From Nanobdellota archaeon (GTDB lineage: Archaea; Nanobdellota; Nanobdellia; Woesearchaeales; CAZJJJ01), in assembly GCA_048624455.1 (NCBI GenBank), contig JBMCSP010000001.1, forward strand, positions 1-31,611: a stretch of 31,611 nt of DNA. Reading direction: 5' to 3'. The translations under genes and the position numbers were made by a program. The notes beneath the pieces were generated by a model. It had not been told where the DNA came from. It saw nothing but the letters and a program-made list of their open reading frames with translations, and did not search any database. Position 1 is the first letter of the stretch, and every line of letters starts with the position of its first letter. Shown piece by piece: positions 16,263-26,087 of this stretch.

Positions 16263-16733
16263 TCACTCAAACTTCTGCAGCCTGTTCTCAAGCTCTTTGA
16301 GCTGATCCTCAAGCTTGTCCATCTCGCTCTGAGCCTTCTCTTCGTTCTTGCTCTCTTTTGGAGTGGGCTTGTTCTTGGAGACTGTCTTTCTCGACTGCGA
16401 CTGCTTCGTACTAAGCTTTGAGTCTCCTTCCTTCTTCTTGAGCCCGATGCCCAGGATCTCTTCCTCGACAGAGACCTCTTCTTTGCTGAGCCTCCTATGG
16501 ATCTCAGATTCCGGAAGCTGCTTCTTGAGCTGATTGACCATGCTCGTAATCTCTTTCACAGTCTTTTTCAGCAACGTGATCGCCTCATTCTTCTCCTTTC
16601 TGATCTTGAGGAAATTCTCATACTTTTGCAGGAAGACGACTGAGTCCCTTGTTGCCTCTATGATCGCTCGCTTCAGGTCTTTCGTCTCCTGTATCCCAAC
16701 AAAAAAGACGTTGGGGTTCTTTGGTGTAGCCAT
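16263..16733 (-). CDS. Uncharacterised coiled-coil protein (module paralog 3)
   Basis: GGAGG RBS and TGATG overlap with the upstream gene. N-terminal FFVGIQETKDL plus long helix, basic linker, C-terminal DKLEDQLKELENRL helix. Confidence 0.85.
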   Translation of the reverse strand: MATPKNPNVFFVGIQETKDLKRAIIEATRDSVVFLQKYENFLKIRKEKNEAITLLKKTVKEITSMVNQLKKQLPESEIHRRLSKEEVSVEEEILGIGLKKKEGDSKLSTKQSQSRKTVSKNKPTPKESKNEEKAQSEMDKLEDQLKELENRLQKFE

Positions 16734-16966
16734 CAAATATCCTCCGGTTCGAATAGAGTACGATCAATATAAGATATTTTCCTCTCGATGTCCTCGAGAT
16801 TGCTGTTCCAGAGCTCAAGTTCAGCATCCTCTTCAGCCTTGAGGCGCCGAATCTTTTCAAGAACTCCGTTCGCTTCCATGATCTTGTTCTTGATAAGTTC
16901 CATAACATCGATTACATCCTTGTAATCGTCAACCTTTATGAATACAGGTACTTCCTTTGCCATCAT
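16733..16966 (-). CDS. Uncharacterised 77-aa coiled-coil protein (module paralog 2, stand-alone)
   Basis: GGGTGA RBS; PVFIKVDDYK...W...IDRTLFE. Confidence 0.85.
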   Translation of the reverse strand: MMAKEVPVFIKVDDYKDVIDVMELIKNKIMEANGVLEKIRRLKAEEDAELELWNSNLEDIERKISYIDRTLFEPEDI

Positions 16967-16976
16967 CAGTCACCCA

Positions 16977-18071
16977 TCACTTCGATTCTTCGAACAGCGT
17001 CTTGTCGACAAAGTGGAGCTTCGTCTGGATGTATTCGAATGCCTTCTTCCACTTATCGAACTCGCCGTGTTTCTTGTCGTTGAACTCGTCCAGTTTTAGT
17101 ATGAACTCCTGTGACTCATTGAGATCACGCTTGATCTCATCGACAGAATTCAAAACCCTCTTGTAATTATTGATCTCGACGAATAGCGGTCCTTGCTGCT
17201 TGCTGATCCGCTTCTTGATATTGCGCTCGACGTTTCCCATCATTGAGGAATCCGTCCCGATCTCTTCGCTCGGCTTGTGAAGCTTGTGCTTGAGATCGTT
17301 GAGGTGCTCTTCGTCTTGTGATAAGTAGCTGTTGCGCGACCATGGGGCCGGCTGTGATTGCTCGGACTGTCTTTGTTCCTGCTGTTGCGGAGCCTGCTGC
17401 TCTTCGCCCTGCGGTTGCTGTGCCGGTCCTGATTGTCCGATCTCTGGAACATGTTCATCTTCACCCTGCTGCTGCACGGGAGGAAATGCTGGTCCCTGAG
17501 GTGCCTGGTCAGGCTGTGAAGCCGCTTGTGATCCCTGATCGAATGCAGGTGGCTGCTGCGGTGCAAATCCGGTTGGATTTTGTGGTGCATCGGCATCCTG
17601 CTTTTCTGAAGGTCCCTGCTCTGGCTTCTCCTCATTATTCTGGCTAGGAGACTCCTGCCCGTTGAATGTAGGGATCTGCATATCCTGGTTTGTCTTAGCG
17701 CCGGGAAATGTAGGAAGATCAAGTTTTGGGAAATCCATGTTCTCTGCTCCAGGAGGAACTGCCGGCGGCTGTCCTGGGGCCTGTGGTCCTTGCTGGTTCA
17801 TGGAATTAGGGTCCTTCGGTGCAGGTCCCTGAGGCACTTCAGGATTCTTATCATCTTGCTTATTTTCCTGGTTTCCATCAGCCTTTGGTGGCTGTGGTGC
17901 TGGAGGTTGCGGTCCTTGGGGAGCATCTCCTGGTCCTGGAGCTTTTTTATCGTCATCTTTCTTATCTGCGTCTGGTCCTTTCGGCACTCCTTCTTTTCCT
18001 GGTCCTGGAGCAGGCGGCGGCAGAGAAGTGTCTTTCTTCTTTTTATTATGTAAAAGGCCTAAAAAACCCAT
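16977..18071 (-). CDS. Pro/Gln-rich disordered protein with N-terminal amphipathic-basic segment and C-terminal coiled-coil module (paralog 1)
   Basis: MGFLGLLHNKKKKD, ~280-aa P/Q/G-rich linker, then PLFVEINNYK...W...VDKTLFE. Confidence 0.85.
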   Translation of the reverse strand: MGFLGLLHNKKKKDTSLPPPAPGPGKEGVPKGPDADKKDDDKKAPGPGDAPQGPQPPAPQPPKADGNQENKQDDKNPEVPQGPAPKDPNSMNQQGPQAPGQPPAVPPGAENMDFPKLDLPTFPGAKTNQDMQIPTFNGQESPSQNNEEKPEQGPSEKQDADAPQNPTGFAPQQPPAFDQGSQAASQPDQAPQGPAFPPVQQQGEDEHVPEIGQSGPAQQPQGEEQQAPQQQEQRQSEQSQPAPWSRNSYLSQDEEHLNDLKHKLHKPSEEIGTDSSMMGNVERNIKKRISKQQGPLFVEINNYKRVLNSVDEIKRDLNESQEFILKLDEFNDKKHGEFDKWKKAFEYIQTKLHFVDKTLFEESK

Positions 18072-18216
18072 AGATTCATCCCCAATCAGTTATGATTATA
18101 GGTATTCATCAAGCAGATTCTTATTAAAACTTTTCCAACCATCACATAGTGGTATCTGCGTCTGTTCTCCTCATGTAACAAAGGATTAAAGAACTTCGCA
18201 GGTTCTTCATTTGGAT

Positions 18217-19110
18217 ATGGGTGAGATTGCCAAGGAACAGGTGCTCCATGTATCAATCAGAGCTGGTTGCAATAACTATTGTGTATTTTGTAATGACCCA
18301 CGAGAATCGTTCGATCAGGAGCAGAACTCTTTTGAACAGTATGCATCAGTTCTTCGTGAATCTGCAGGTTCCTTTAAGAGGGTATGCTTCACTGCCGGCG
18401 AGCCAACGATCTATCCTCGTTTCCTTGAACTCATACGGTATGCAAAGAAGTTAGGCTATCCAGATATATTTCTAATAACCAACGGAAAGATGCTCAGTTC
18501 TAAAAAATTTTTTGCAAAGCTGATAAGAAACGGTCTAAACATGCTCGCGGTCTCAGTACATGGACATGCGCCAGGACTTCATGATGGGCTGACGCGTTCA
18601 CCCGGCTCCTTTTCACTCGTAAAAGATGCTTTGCTCAACGCGGGAGCTTACAGAGAAAAAGGCGAGCTGAAGTCTTTTTCGATAAATTCAACATTGATAC
18701 GTCAGAATCTTGAAAGTCTTCCTGAGATGAACACTTTTTTTCATACATTCTCCATAGATGAGCACATTATCAATTATTTCAACCCTCTGTGCACATCTAC
18801 ATCAGATGTACGCAGGTTTATGCCTCAGTATTCCGACGCTGTAACTGTCTTTAAACAGATGTACTTGGTCGGTCAGAAATTTCTTGTGCTCGATATTCCT
18901 TATTGCACTTGCAGAGACTTGCTTGCTGTAACTGGGGCGGTAGAAGACAATTATATGAAGATTGATGATATTGAATATGCCCATAACACAATATCCAAAG
19001 ATAGGATAAAACCCCATTTTTGTTCCCGCTGCCGACTGGAAGCTCAATGCGACGGGATTCCTTTGAACTATGCGAACCTTTTTGGTCTTGGTGAATTCCG
19101 TCCTCTCTGA
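18217..19110 (+). CDS. Radical SAM protein with C-terminal Cys-rich (SPASM/twitch-like) extension
   Basis: GCNNYCVFC (CxxxCxxC), FTAGEPT, ITNGKML, VSVHG and C-terminal CSRCRLEAQCDG. Confidence 0.88.
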   Translation: MGEIAKEQVLHVSIRAGCNNYCVFCNDPRESFDQEQNSFEQYASVLRESAGSFKRVCFTAGEPTIYPRFLELIRYAKKLGYPDIFLITNGKMLSSKKFFAKLIRNGLNMLAVSVHGHAPGLHDGLTRSPGSFSLVKDALLNAGAYREKGELKSFSINSTLIRQNLESLPEMNTFFHTFSIDEHIINYFNPLCTSTSDVRRFMPQYSDAVTVFKQMYLVGQKFLVLDIPYCTCRDLLAVTGAVEDNYMKIDDIEYAHNTISKDRIKPHFCSRCRLEAQCDGIPLNYANLFGLGEFRPL

Positions 19111-19114
19111 TGAT

Positions 19115-19840
19115 TTAGAATTCTTCGACGATATCGAACTCCTTGAGGAACTCGCCGTCTTTTTGATATCTGTGGATGTTGAAAAAGCTGATCCTGTCCC
19201 TGTTGAGCAGCACTGTCTTGATAAAATGAGGTATCTCAGGATAGCATCGGTGCTTGTCGATCTCGTCCACAAAGATCCATCGGTTCTCTCCCTCGCGCGT
19301 CCTCTTCTTCAGGGACCCTCTCGAGTCAGAGCAGAGGTAGGTGTAGGAGATGACGTGGTGCAAAAGCTTTCTGCTTGTGATGTCTTCTGTTGTGTAGTTT
19401 GACATTGCGACGAGCTTCAGCGGTCCTGTAAGGCCGGTCTCTTCGAGAAACTCCTCGCGCGCCGTCTGCATGGGTGATGTACCCATCTCTATCTTCCCTC
19501 CTGGGATGCCAAGATAATCATAGAAGGGCTCTTTCCTGCGAATGTTGACAAGGACTTTTTCCTCACCTGCATCATAACCGATCACGAATGAGCAGACGAC
19601 TGGCTTCTCTTTTCTTTTTCCTGTCGCACCGTCCAGATAAGTGACATAGGAGACTCCTTTTGCTGAGAGCCGATATGCATCACCATGCTTTTCGACAAGG
19701 CCCTGATCCACCAAGGTCTTCAAGTGATAGGCAAACCTGTTGCTCTCGCTTTCCTTGGCCCAGAGTCGGTTGAACCCCTGGTCGGGCTCATGCATGAGCT
19801 TCTTCAGGATCGACCGCTGAATCTCCTGCTCAATTTCCAT
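19115..19840 (-). CDS. N-terminal wHTH fused to C-terminal Nudix hydrolase
   Basis: ESNRFAYHLKTLVDQGLVEK (wHTH) and an intact Nudix box GGKIEMGTSPMQTAREEFLEETGL. Confidence 0.85.
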   Translation of the reverse strand: MEIEQEIQRSILKKLMHEPDQGFNRLWAKESESNRFAYHLKTLVDQGLVEKHGDAYRLSAKGVSYVTYLDGATGKRKEKPVVCSFVIGYDAGEEKVLVNIRRKEPFYDYLGIPGGKIEMGTSPMQTAREEFLEETGLTGPLKLVAMSNYTTEDITSRKLLHHVISYTYLCSDSRGSLKKRTREGENRWIFVDEIDKHRCYPEIPHFIKTVLLNRDRISFFNIHRYQKDGEFLKEFDIVEEF

Positions 19841-19978
19841 AATCTGAGGAAATCATCCTGATTATTTAAAAGGGCATCTCAAATCATCTTGAGCTGCAAG
19901 AAACCCTTCATCTCTGTCCGAAATTTCTGCAGCTCAAGCAGCGCAATCCATTTTGAAGGAGGCATCCTCCTATTTTTC

Positions 19979-21436
19979 ATGAGATCGGCAGTGTTCCTTT
20001 TGCTCATCCTCCTCCCTACAGCATCAGCGCTATCCATAACTGAGGTCTTCTTTAATCCAAACGGCTCAGACAACAACAGAGAATTTGTAGAATTACGTCT
20101 TGATGCACCTCTCAATCTCTCGCAATTCACGCTCTATGATGCAAGCAGTTCTGATGATCTATCGCTTCTGCAAGAAAAGAATAGCAATTATACCCTCATT
20201 ACAGAGGAGGGTTTCAATCTGACCGGCATCAACTGCAGCGTCTACAGTGCAGGAAGCACGATAGGCAACAATCTGAACAATGATGCCGACAGCATACTGA
20301 TCACGAACGGATCGATGAATGCATCCTTTTCCTACAACACTTCTCTCTTCTTGTATCAATCAGGTTTCTCCGTCACCGAAAAGAACGGCACGATCCATGC
20401 CCAGGAACCGTCTCCTTGTTTTGAGAGGAAGATATCTGAAACTGGCCCTCCAACGACCGACCGAACAAATGGGATGAACACGACAGAAGAAGATCTCTGC
20501 GCCCATAATCTCACCATCCATGCTCCGATGTTTGTCGAGGATGATACAATAGAGTTCACGTTCCATATCTTTCCTGAAGAACCCGATAATTACAGCATAA
20601 CCTACTGGGTCGAGGAATACTTCGGCACCATTGTGAAAGATCCATATACGACAGCGAATACTGATCAGAAACGATATACTCCCTCGCCTGCATCGCCTTA
20701 TGCCATCTATCGCATCAAGGCAAAACTCAAGACAGGATGCAATGCATCGGTGCAGGCGTCGCACCTGGTCGCGTATGCAAAGAAAGTCGTTGACAGCAAC
20801 AGCCAAGCTGAAGCGGACGATGAGCGGGAAACACAAGGCGAGGAGTCAGCGGAACCTTCCTCTTATGCAGATATCATCTATATCTACAGGAAGGACAGCA
20901 TAGCGTTCGGATCGATTCTCAGGGCCAAACTCTCACTTTTCAACCGCAAAAGCCCCTCAGATGCCACCCTCGCTGTGCTCGATGAGATGAATGAGTCCAT
21001 CACAGAGGTCAGCTTTTCCTTCTTCAGGGGATCTGCGGGCATCATCTCTCTTGAGATCCCTCTTCCTGAACGATGCACAAAGACCATAGAAGGGACCCTT
21101 CTCCTCAAAGCCTTCGATCTTGCAGACGAGAAGAACATCACTATCATGTGCGACGAACCGTATGAGACAGAAGATAATGAAGACGAATATGATGAAAAAA
21201 ACGTTGTGGAAACCAGCACTGAAAAACCAACGGAGCAGGCTGGCTTAGGCACTAGCGAAAGCGAGGATTCATCTCGTCCAAAAAGCCCAGCAACAGGAAA
21301 CATCGTGTATATGAACTCCTCGCCAATTCTTTACAAAAACTCCGCTGCGAAATCACGCGATCTTGTCCCGTATGGCATCTTTTTCGTCTGCATTCTCACA
21401 ACTCTCTTTGTTTTTAGGAAGAAGAGTATCATATAG
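19979..21436 (+). CDS. Lamin-tail-domain cell-surface glycoprotein with C-terminal TM anchor
   Basis: Signal peptide MRSAVFLLLILLPTASA, LTD motif ITEVFFNPNGSDNNREFVEL, about 16 N-x-S/T sequons, terminal TM helix plus RKK. Confidence 0.8.
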   Translation: MRSAVFLLLILLPTASALSITEVFFNPNGSDNNREFVELRLDAPLNLSQFTLYDASSSDDLSLLQEKNSNYTLITEEGFNLTGINCSVYSAGSTIGNNLNNDADSILITNGSMNASFSYNTSLFLYQSGFSVTEKNGTIHAQEPSPCFERKISETGPPTTDRTNGMNTTEEDLCAHNLTIHAPMFVEDDTIEFTFHIFPEEPDNYSITYWVEEYFGTIVKDPYTTANTDQKRYTPSPASPYAIYRIKAKLKTGCNASVQASHLVAYAKKVVDSNSQAEADDERETQGEESAEPSSYADIIYIYRKDSIAFGSILRAKLSLFNRKSPSDATLAVLDEMNESITEVSFSFFRGSAGIISLEIPLPERCTKTIEGTLLLKAFDLADEKNITIMCDEPYETEDNEDEYDEKNVVETSTEKPTEQAGLGTSESEDSSRPKSPATGNIVYMNSSPILYKNSAAKSRDLVPYGIFFVCILTTLFVFRKKSII

Positions 21437-21515
21437 GGTCTGGTCTTCTGCAGAATCGTTGCACAAGGCTGCGCAAACGGGTAAATTTATAAAGAAAATA
21501 CGATTCCGATGCCTC

Positions 21516-22118
21516 ATGGAACAGCGCGAGATCAAGGAGAAAGTCTCTGATGGCCATATATATTTTTCAGCTATCCTCGAGATGGTCGGAAAGCCAAAAG
21601 AGCATGTCAACGGGACGATCAGAGATTATGTCGCACGGCTCAAGAACAGTGAGAACATCATCATCGCAAAAGAAGAGTATCACGATCCTAAACAGCTTGA
21701 GGAAAGTGAAATGTTCAGCGCATTCGTCGAGCTTGAGCTTCTCGCGAAGAGCACCGAGCACGTCGTCTGGTTCTGCTTTGATTACATGCCCTCCTCTATC
21801 GAGATCTTTGAGCCGGAAAGCTTGTCCTACAAGACCCAGGAATTCACGAACTTTCTCAACGACCTGCAGGCGCGCCTTCACCATATCGACATGAACTTCA
21901 AGAAAGTCAATGTGACCAACCAGGCGCTTAATAGGAACACGGAAAATCTTCTCAAGAACAGCATCCGTGTCGCGATCAGTGCAGGTCATACAAAGGTGAA
22001 CGACATCTCAAAAGTTCTTGGTATCGCTGAAGAGAATCTTGCAAAGATCCTGGACAACCTTGTTGAGAATGCCGTCCTGAGAAAGTCGGGCGATGAGTAC
22101 GCTATCACGAAGAAATGA
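21516..22118 (+). CDS. Conserved archaeal hypothetical protein with C-terminal wHTH-like segment
   Basis: ILEMVGKPKEHV and FCFDYMPSSIEIFEP, a coiled coil, then VNDISKVLGIAEENLAKILDNLVENAVL. Start placed at ATG 21516. Confidence 0.7.
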   Translation: MEQREIKEKVSDGHIYFSAILEMVGKPKEHVNGTIRDYVARLKNSENIIIAKEEYHDPKQLEESEMFSAFVELELLAKSTEHVVWFCFDYMPSSIEIFEPESLSYKTQEFTNFLNDLQARLHHIDMNFKKVNVTNQALNRNTENLLKNSIRVAISAGHTKVNDISKVLGIAEENLAKILDNLVENAVLRKSGDEYAITKK

Positions 22119-22205
22119 TCTGCTGCTCACTTCTTTTTCTCACTTTTTCATTCTCTTTCCTGAATTTTCAATAAATATTTAAACCTGAATCATCCATTCC
22201 TGACC

Positions 22206-23123
22206 ATGGTCGTCGATAATCTTATCGAGAAACTAGAGGCTGTCCTGTTCGCGTCAGGCAAGTACATGGACCTTGATGTCCTGAAGGATCTTGTCGACGA
22301 GCAGAGCACGAGAAGCGTCAAGAATGCGCTCAAAAAGCTTAAAGAATCATACAGCAACCGCAAGAGTCCGCTCATGCTTGTCGAGCAGGACAATCAATGG
22401 AAGCTCACCGTCAGAGAGGCATACCTGCCGCTTGTCCGAAAGATCGTCGCCGATACCGAACTCCCAAAAAGTGTCCTTGAGACGCTTGCTGTCATCGCAT
22501 GGAAATCACCTGTGCTACAATCGACCGTCATCAAGGTCAGGACGAACAAGGCGTATGAGCATATCGATCAGCTGGAACGTCTTGGCTTCATCACGAGAAA
22601 GAAGGAAGGACGCTCATTCCGGCTGTCGCTCTCAGAAAAATTCTATGAGTATTTCGACGTACAGAATGGTGATATCCGAAAGATGTTCAAGGATGCCAAA
22701 GGCATCGAAAAAGAGCTGAGAGAGGAAGAACGCAAGCACCACGAACAGAACGCCGGCATCAAGGGCGAAGATGAAGGCGAACAGATAAAGGAAGAAATCT
22801 CCAAGGAAGACGCTATTGAGCAGGCTGTCGAGGCTGAAGGTCCGCATCTTGGGAAACTCGAGGTCGTCGACGTTGTCGGTGAGAACAAGGAGCAGGGGTT
22901 CCAGGTCGTCGACACCATTTCTGGTGATGCATCAGCCGAAAACGGCGACGGCACTGATGAAAACGACATTCCTGCAGCAGATCCTGATTCGCAGCACAAG
23001 CAAGAGCTCATCGATGAGCATGAGATCGATGAGATCGTCGAGGAGCTGGATGAGGAGAAGAAGGCCCAAGACGATATCGAAGAAGTCCTTGAAGACGTAG
23101 AGGGTTCTGCAAAAGAGCAGTAG
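22206..23123 (+). CDS. scpB: SMC-Scp complex subunit ScpB with long acidic C-terminal tail
   Basis: LEAVLFASG, LETLAVIAWKSPVLQSTVIKVR, HIDQLERLGFI and KFYEYF. Confidence 0.9.
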   Translation: MVVDNLIEKLEAVLFASGKYMDLDVLKDLVDEQSTRSVKNALKKLKESYSNRKSPLMLVEQDNQWKLTVREAYLPLVRKIVADTELPKSVLETLAVIAWKSPVLQSTVIKVRTNKAYEHIDQLERLGFITRKKEGRSFRLSLSEKFYEYFDVQNGDIRKMFKDAKGIEKELREEERKHHEQNAGIKGEDEGEQIKEEISKEDAIEQAVEAEGPHLGKLEVVDVVGENKEQGFQVVDTISGDASAENGDGTDENDIPAADPDSQHKQELIDEHEIDEIVEELDEEKKAQDDIEEVLEDVEGSAKEQ

Positions 23124-23174
23124 CACTGGACATCTGCTTGTGAGATTTATAAATGTTCTAAGCAAGCATATCCT

Positions 23175-23450
23175 ATGCTCTTCAACATGATCCCAAACAA
23201 GCTCTTTATCCTCAGATGCCCGAACTGCAAGAAAGAGATGAAATACAAAGAAAACCTCAATTCTCCCTGTAAGCATTCCGACATCATGAAGAAGTCGAAA
23301 CGCTGCGTCTTCTGCGGAACAAGCTTTAAGGTGAGGCCAGCAATCCTCTGCGCATATGAGCCCCAAGATGAAGCTCTTGCCAGATCTTCGAAATGTGGCA
23401 TTACAGAGCCTGAAATGTCTGAATTCTCTGTTCCCAAACCAAAAGTTTAA
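23175..23450 (+). CDS. Small zinc-ribbon protein (CxxC...CxxC)
   Basis: LRCPNCKKEMKY...KRCVFCGTSFKV. Confidence 0.7.
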   Translation: MLFNMIPNKLFILRCPNCKKEMKYKENLNSPCKHSDIMKKSKRCVFCGTSFKVRPAILCAYEPQDEALARSSKCGITEPEMSEFSVPKPKV

Positions 23451-23552
23451 TAAATAGACAACGTCTCCGATATCCTAGGAAAAAGCATATTTATTGACGG
23501 AAAAAGAACAACAATTCTGCTGTTTTTTGACATACATTTTAGTTGATGATTC

Positions 23553-26087
23553 ATGGATGAAGAACCGATACCAGAAGAAGAAGCAACGCCTGAATTAATC
23601 TCTCAGCATAAGGTCCTCTCTCAGGAGATTGAGTGCGAGATGAAGGACGCTTTCCTAGATTATGCTATGTCGGTCATCATCTCACGAGCCCTTCCTGATG
23701 TTCGCGACGGTCTGAAACCCGTCCATCGAAGGATCCTTTATTCGATGCACGAATCCGGCTTCCATTACAATAAGCCCTACAAGAAAAGTGCGCGTATCGT
23801 CGGTGATGTCCTCGGACGCTATCACCCGCACGGCGACAGTGCTGTCTATGATTCTCTTGTAAGGATGGCCCAGTATTTCTCCATGCGCTATACGCTCATC
23901 GATGGCCAGGGTAACTTTGGAAGCGTCGACGGCGATTCTGCCGCAGCGATGCGTTACACTGAAGCGCGTCTTGCAAAAATATCAAGCGAGATCCTGCAGG
24001 ATATCGAGAAGGAGACTGTCGATTTTGTTCCTAATTTTGATGGTTCTTTGAGCGAGCCCTCTGTCCTTCCGGCAAAACTGCCAAGCCTTCTTCTCAATGG
24101 TTCCTCCGGTATCGCTGTCGGTATGGCTACAAACATTCCTCCTCACAATCTCAAGGAGCTTTGCTCCGCCATCATCGCGTTCGTCAACGATCCTGAGCTC
24201 ACTCCTGAAGGAGTTCTTGAGCACATGCCTGCGCCGGATTTCCCCACAGGCGGAACGATCATCGGAAAGAGCGGCATCCTTAGCGCGTACAAGCATGGCC
24301 GCGGCATCATCAAGGTCAGATCCAAGCACGAGATTGAACGCAAGGGAGAGACAGAGCGCATCATCATCAATGAGATACCCTATATGGTCAACAAGGCGCA
24401 TCTCATCGAGCAGATCGCTGAACTTGTCAAGAACAAGAAAGTCAACGAGATCCGTGATCTCCGCGACGAATCTGACAAGAGGGGTATCCGCGTCGTCATC
24501 GAGCTCAAGAGGGGAGCGAGCGCAGAGGTTCTCCTGAACCAGCTCTATAAGCATTCACGGCTTGAGGTCAGCTTCGGCATGAACTTTGTCGCTCTGGTGG
24601 GCAACAGGCCGCGGACGCTCAATATCGTCGAGATCATCGACGAATTCGTCAAGCACCGGATCGAGGTCATCAGGCGAAGGACGCAGTATGATCTTACAAA
24701 GGCAGAGAAGCGAAAGCATATCCTTGAAGGTCTTCTGGTAGCCCTTGAAAATATCGATGCGGTCGTCAAGCTCATCCGCGGATCGAGCTCTATCCAGGAA
24801 GCACAGTCAGGCTTGATGGAGAAGTTTGAGCTTACTGAGGCCCAGGCGAACGCCATCCTTGATATGCGTCTGCAAAAGCTTACATCGCTTGAGACCGAAA
24901 AGGTAAAATCTGAACATGATGGCCTTCTCGAGCAGATCAAGGAGCTCAAGGCCATCCTTGAATCCGATGAGAGGGTCAAGCAGATCATCATCGATGAGAT
25001 GCAGGAGCTTATCGAGAAGTACGGCGATGACCGCCAGTCCGAGGTATCCGACCTTGCTCTTGATGATGCTGACATCGACATGGAAGATCTCATCGAAGAG
25101 CATGATGTCGTCGTCACGGTATCCCACGCCGGATACATCAAACGCATACCGCTTGCGATGTACCGCCAGCAGAACAGAGGTGGGAAAGGCATCATCGCAT
25201 CGACCATGAAGGAAGATGACTTCATCGAATACCTCTTCGTCACGAGCACGCATAATTACATGCTCTTCTTCACCGACAAAGGAAAAGTCCATTGGCAGAA
25301 GGTCTACAGGATACCTGAAGGAACACGGCAGTCAAGGGGCCAGCCGATCGTCAACATGATCGATCTTGAGGCAGACGAGCATGTCACGACGTTCATCCCT
25401 GTCAAAGAGTTCGTCAGGGACAAGTATCTTGCCCTTATCACAAAGAAAGGCACGATCAAGAAGACGACGCTTGAAGCATATTCACGACCGCGGAAAGGCG
25501 GCATCATCGCAATCAATCTTGATGATGATGATTTCCTGGTCAACGCTCTTCTCACGGACGGCAACCATAAGCTTCTTGTCGCTACGAAGAACGGCATGGC
25601 TGTCAAGTTCCATGAGAACGATGCCCGCGCCATCGGAAGGACAGCACGCGGTGTCCGTGCCATCAATCTCAAGGGTGATGACGAGGTCATCGGCATGATC
25701 CACGCAGATGATGCAAAGACAGTCCTCACGATCACCGAAAATGGCTATGGGAAGCGGACATCCATCGCTGATTACCGTCTCATCTCCAGAGGAGGAGTCG
25801 GCGTCAGGAATATCGTCTGCTCAGAACGCAACGGTCCTGTCGTCAATATCAAGTCTGTAGAAGATGAGGATGACATCATGGTCATCAGCAGGAAAGGAAT
25901 CATCATCCGCGTCCCTGTGCGGGGCATCTCTACAATCGGACGAAATACTCAAGGCGTCAGGATCATGTCTATGAAATCTGATGATGACCAGGTCATCTCT
26001 GTGGCGAGGGTCGTGCATGAAGGGGAGGTCGATGAAGAGATAGACGGAGAGGCTATCGATACTGATATCGATGTGGATGCTTCATGA
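23553..26087 (+). CDS. gyrA: DNA gyrase subunit A
   Basis: [22 protein letters not shown], catalytic AAMRYTE, GyrA-box QNRGGKG, beta-pinwheel repeats and acidic tail. Confidence 0.97.
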   Translation: MDEEPIPEEEATPELISQHKVLSQEIECEMKDAFLDYAMSVIISRALPDVRDGLKPVHRRILYSMHESGFHYNKPYKKSARIVGDVLGRYHPHGDSAVYDSLVRMAQYFSMRYTLIDGQGNFGSVDGDSAAAMRYTEARLAKISSEILQDIEKETVDFVPNFDGSLSEPSVLPAKLPSLLLNGSSGIAVGMATNIPPHNLKELCSAIIAFVNDPELTPEGVLEHMPAPDFPTGGTIIGKSGILSAYKHGRGIIKVRSKHEIERKGETERIIINEIPYMVNKAHLIEQIAELVKNKKVNEIRDLRDESDKRGIRVVIELKRGASAEVLLNQLYKHSRLEVSFGMNFVALVGNRPRTLNIVEIIDEFVKHRIEVIRRRTQYDLTKAEKRKHILEGLLVALENIDAVVKLIRGSSSIQEAQSGLMEKFELTEAQANAILDMRLQKLTSLETEKVKSEHDGLLEQIKELKAILESDERVKQIIIDEMQELIEKYGDDRQSEVSDLALDDADIDMEDLIEEHDVVVTVSHAGYIKRIPLAMYRQQNRGGKGIIASTMKEDDFIEYLFVTSTHNYMLFFTDKGKVHWQKVYRIPEGTRQSRGQPIVNMIDLEADEHVTTFIPVKEFVRDKYLALITKKGTIKKTTLEAYSRPRKGGIIAINLDDDDFLVNALLTDGNHKLLVATKNGMAVKFHENDARAIGRTARGVRAINLKGDDEVIGMIHADDAKTVLTITENGYGKRTSIADYRLISRGGVGVRNIVCSERNGPVVNIKSVEDEDDIMVISRKGIIIRVPVRGISTIGRNTQGVRIMSMKSDDDQVISVARVVHEGEVDEEIDGEAIDTDIDVDAS

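Noticed and set aside
17240-18073. Alternative-frame and antisense ORFs in the Pro/Gln-rich gene as overlapping genes or a repeat array
   Set aside because: Low-complexity coding sequence naturally lacks stops, and no regular repeat unit or spacer structure is present.
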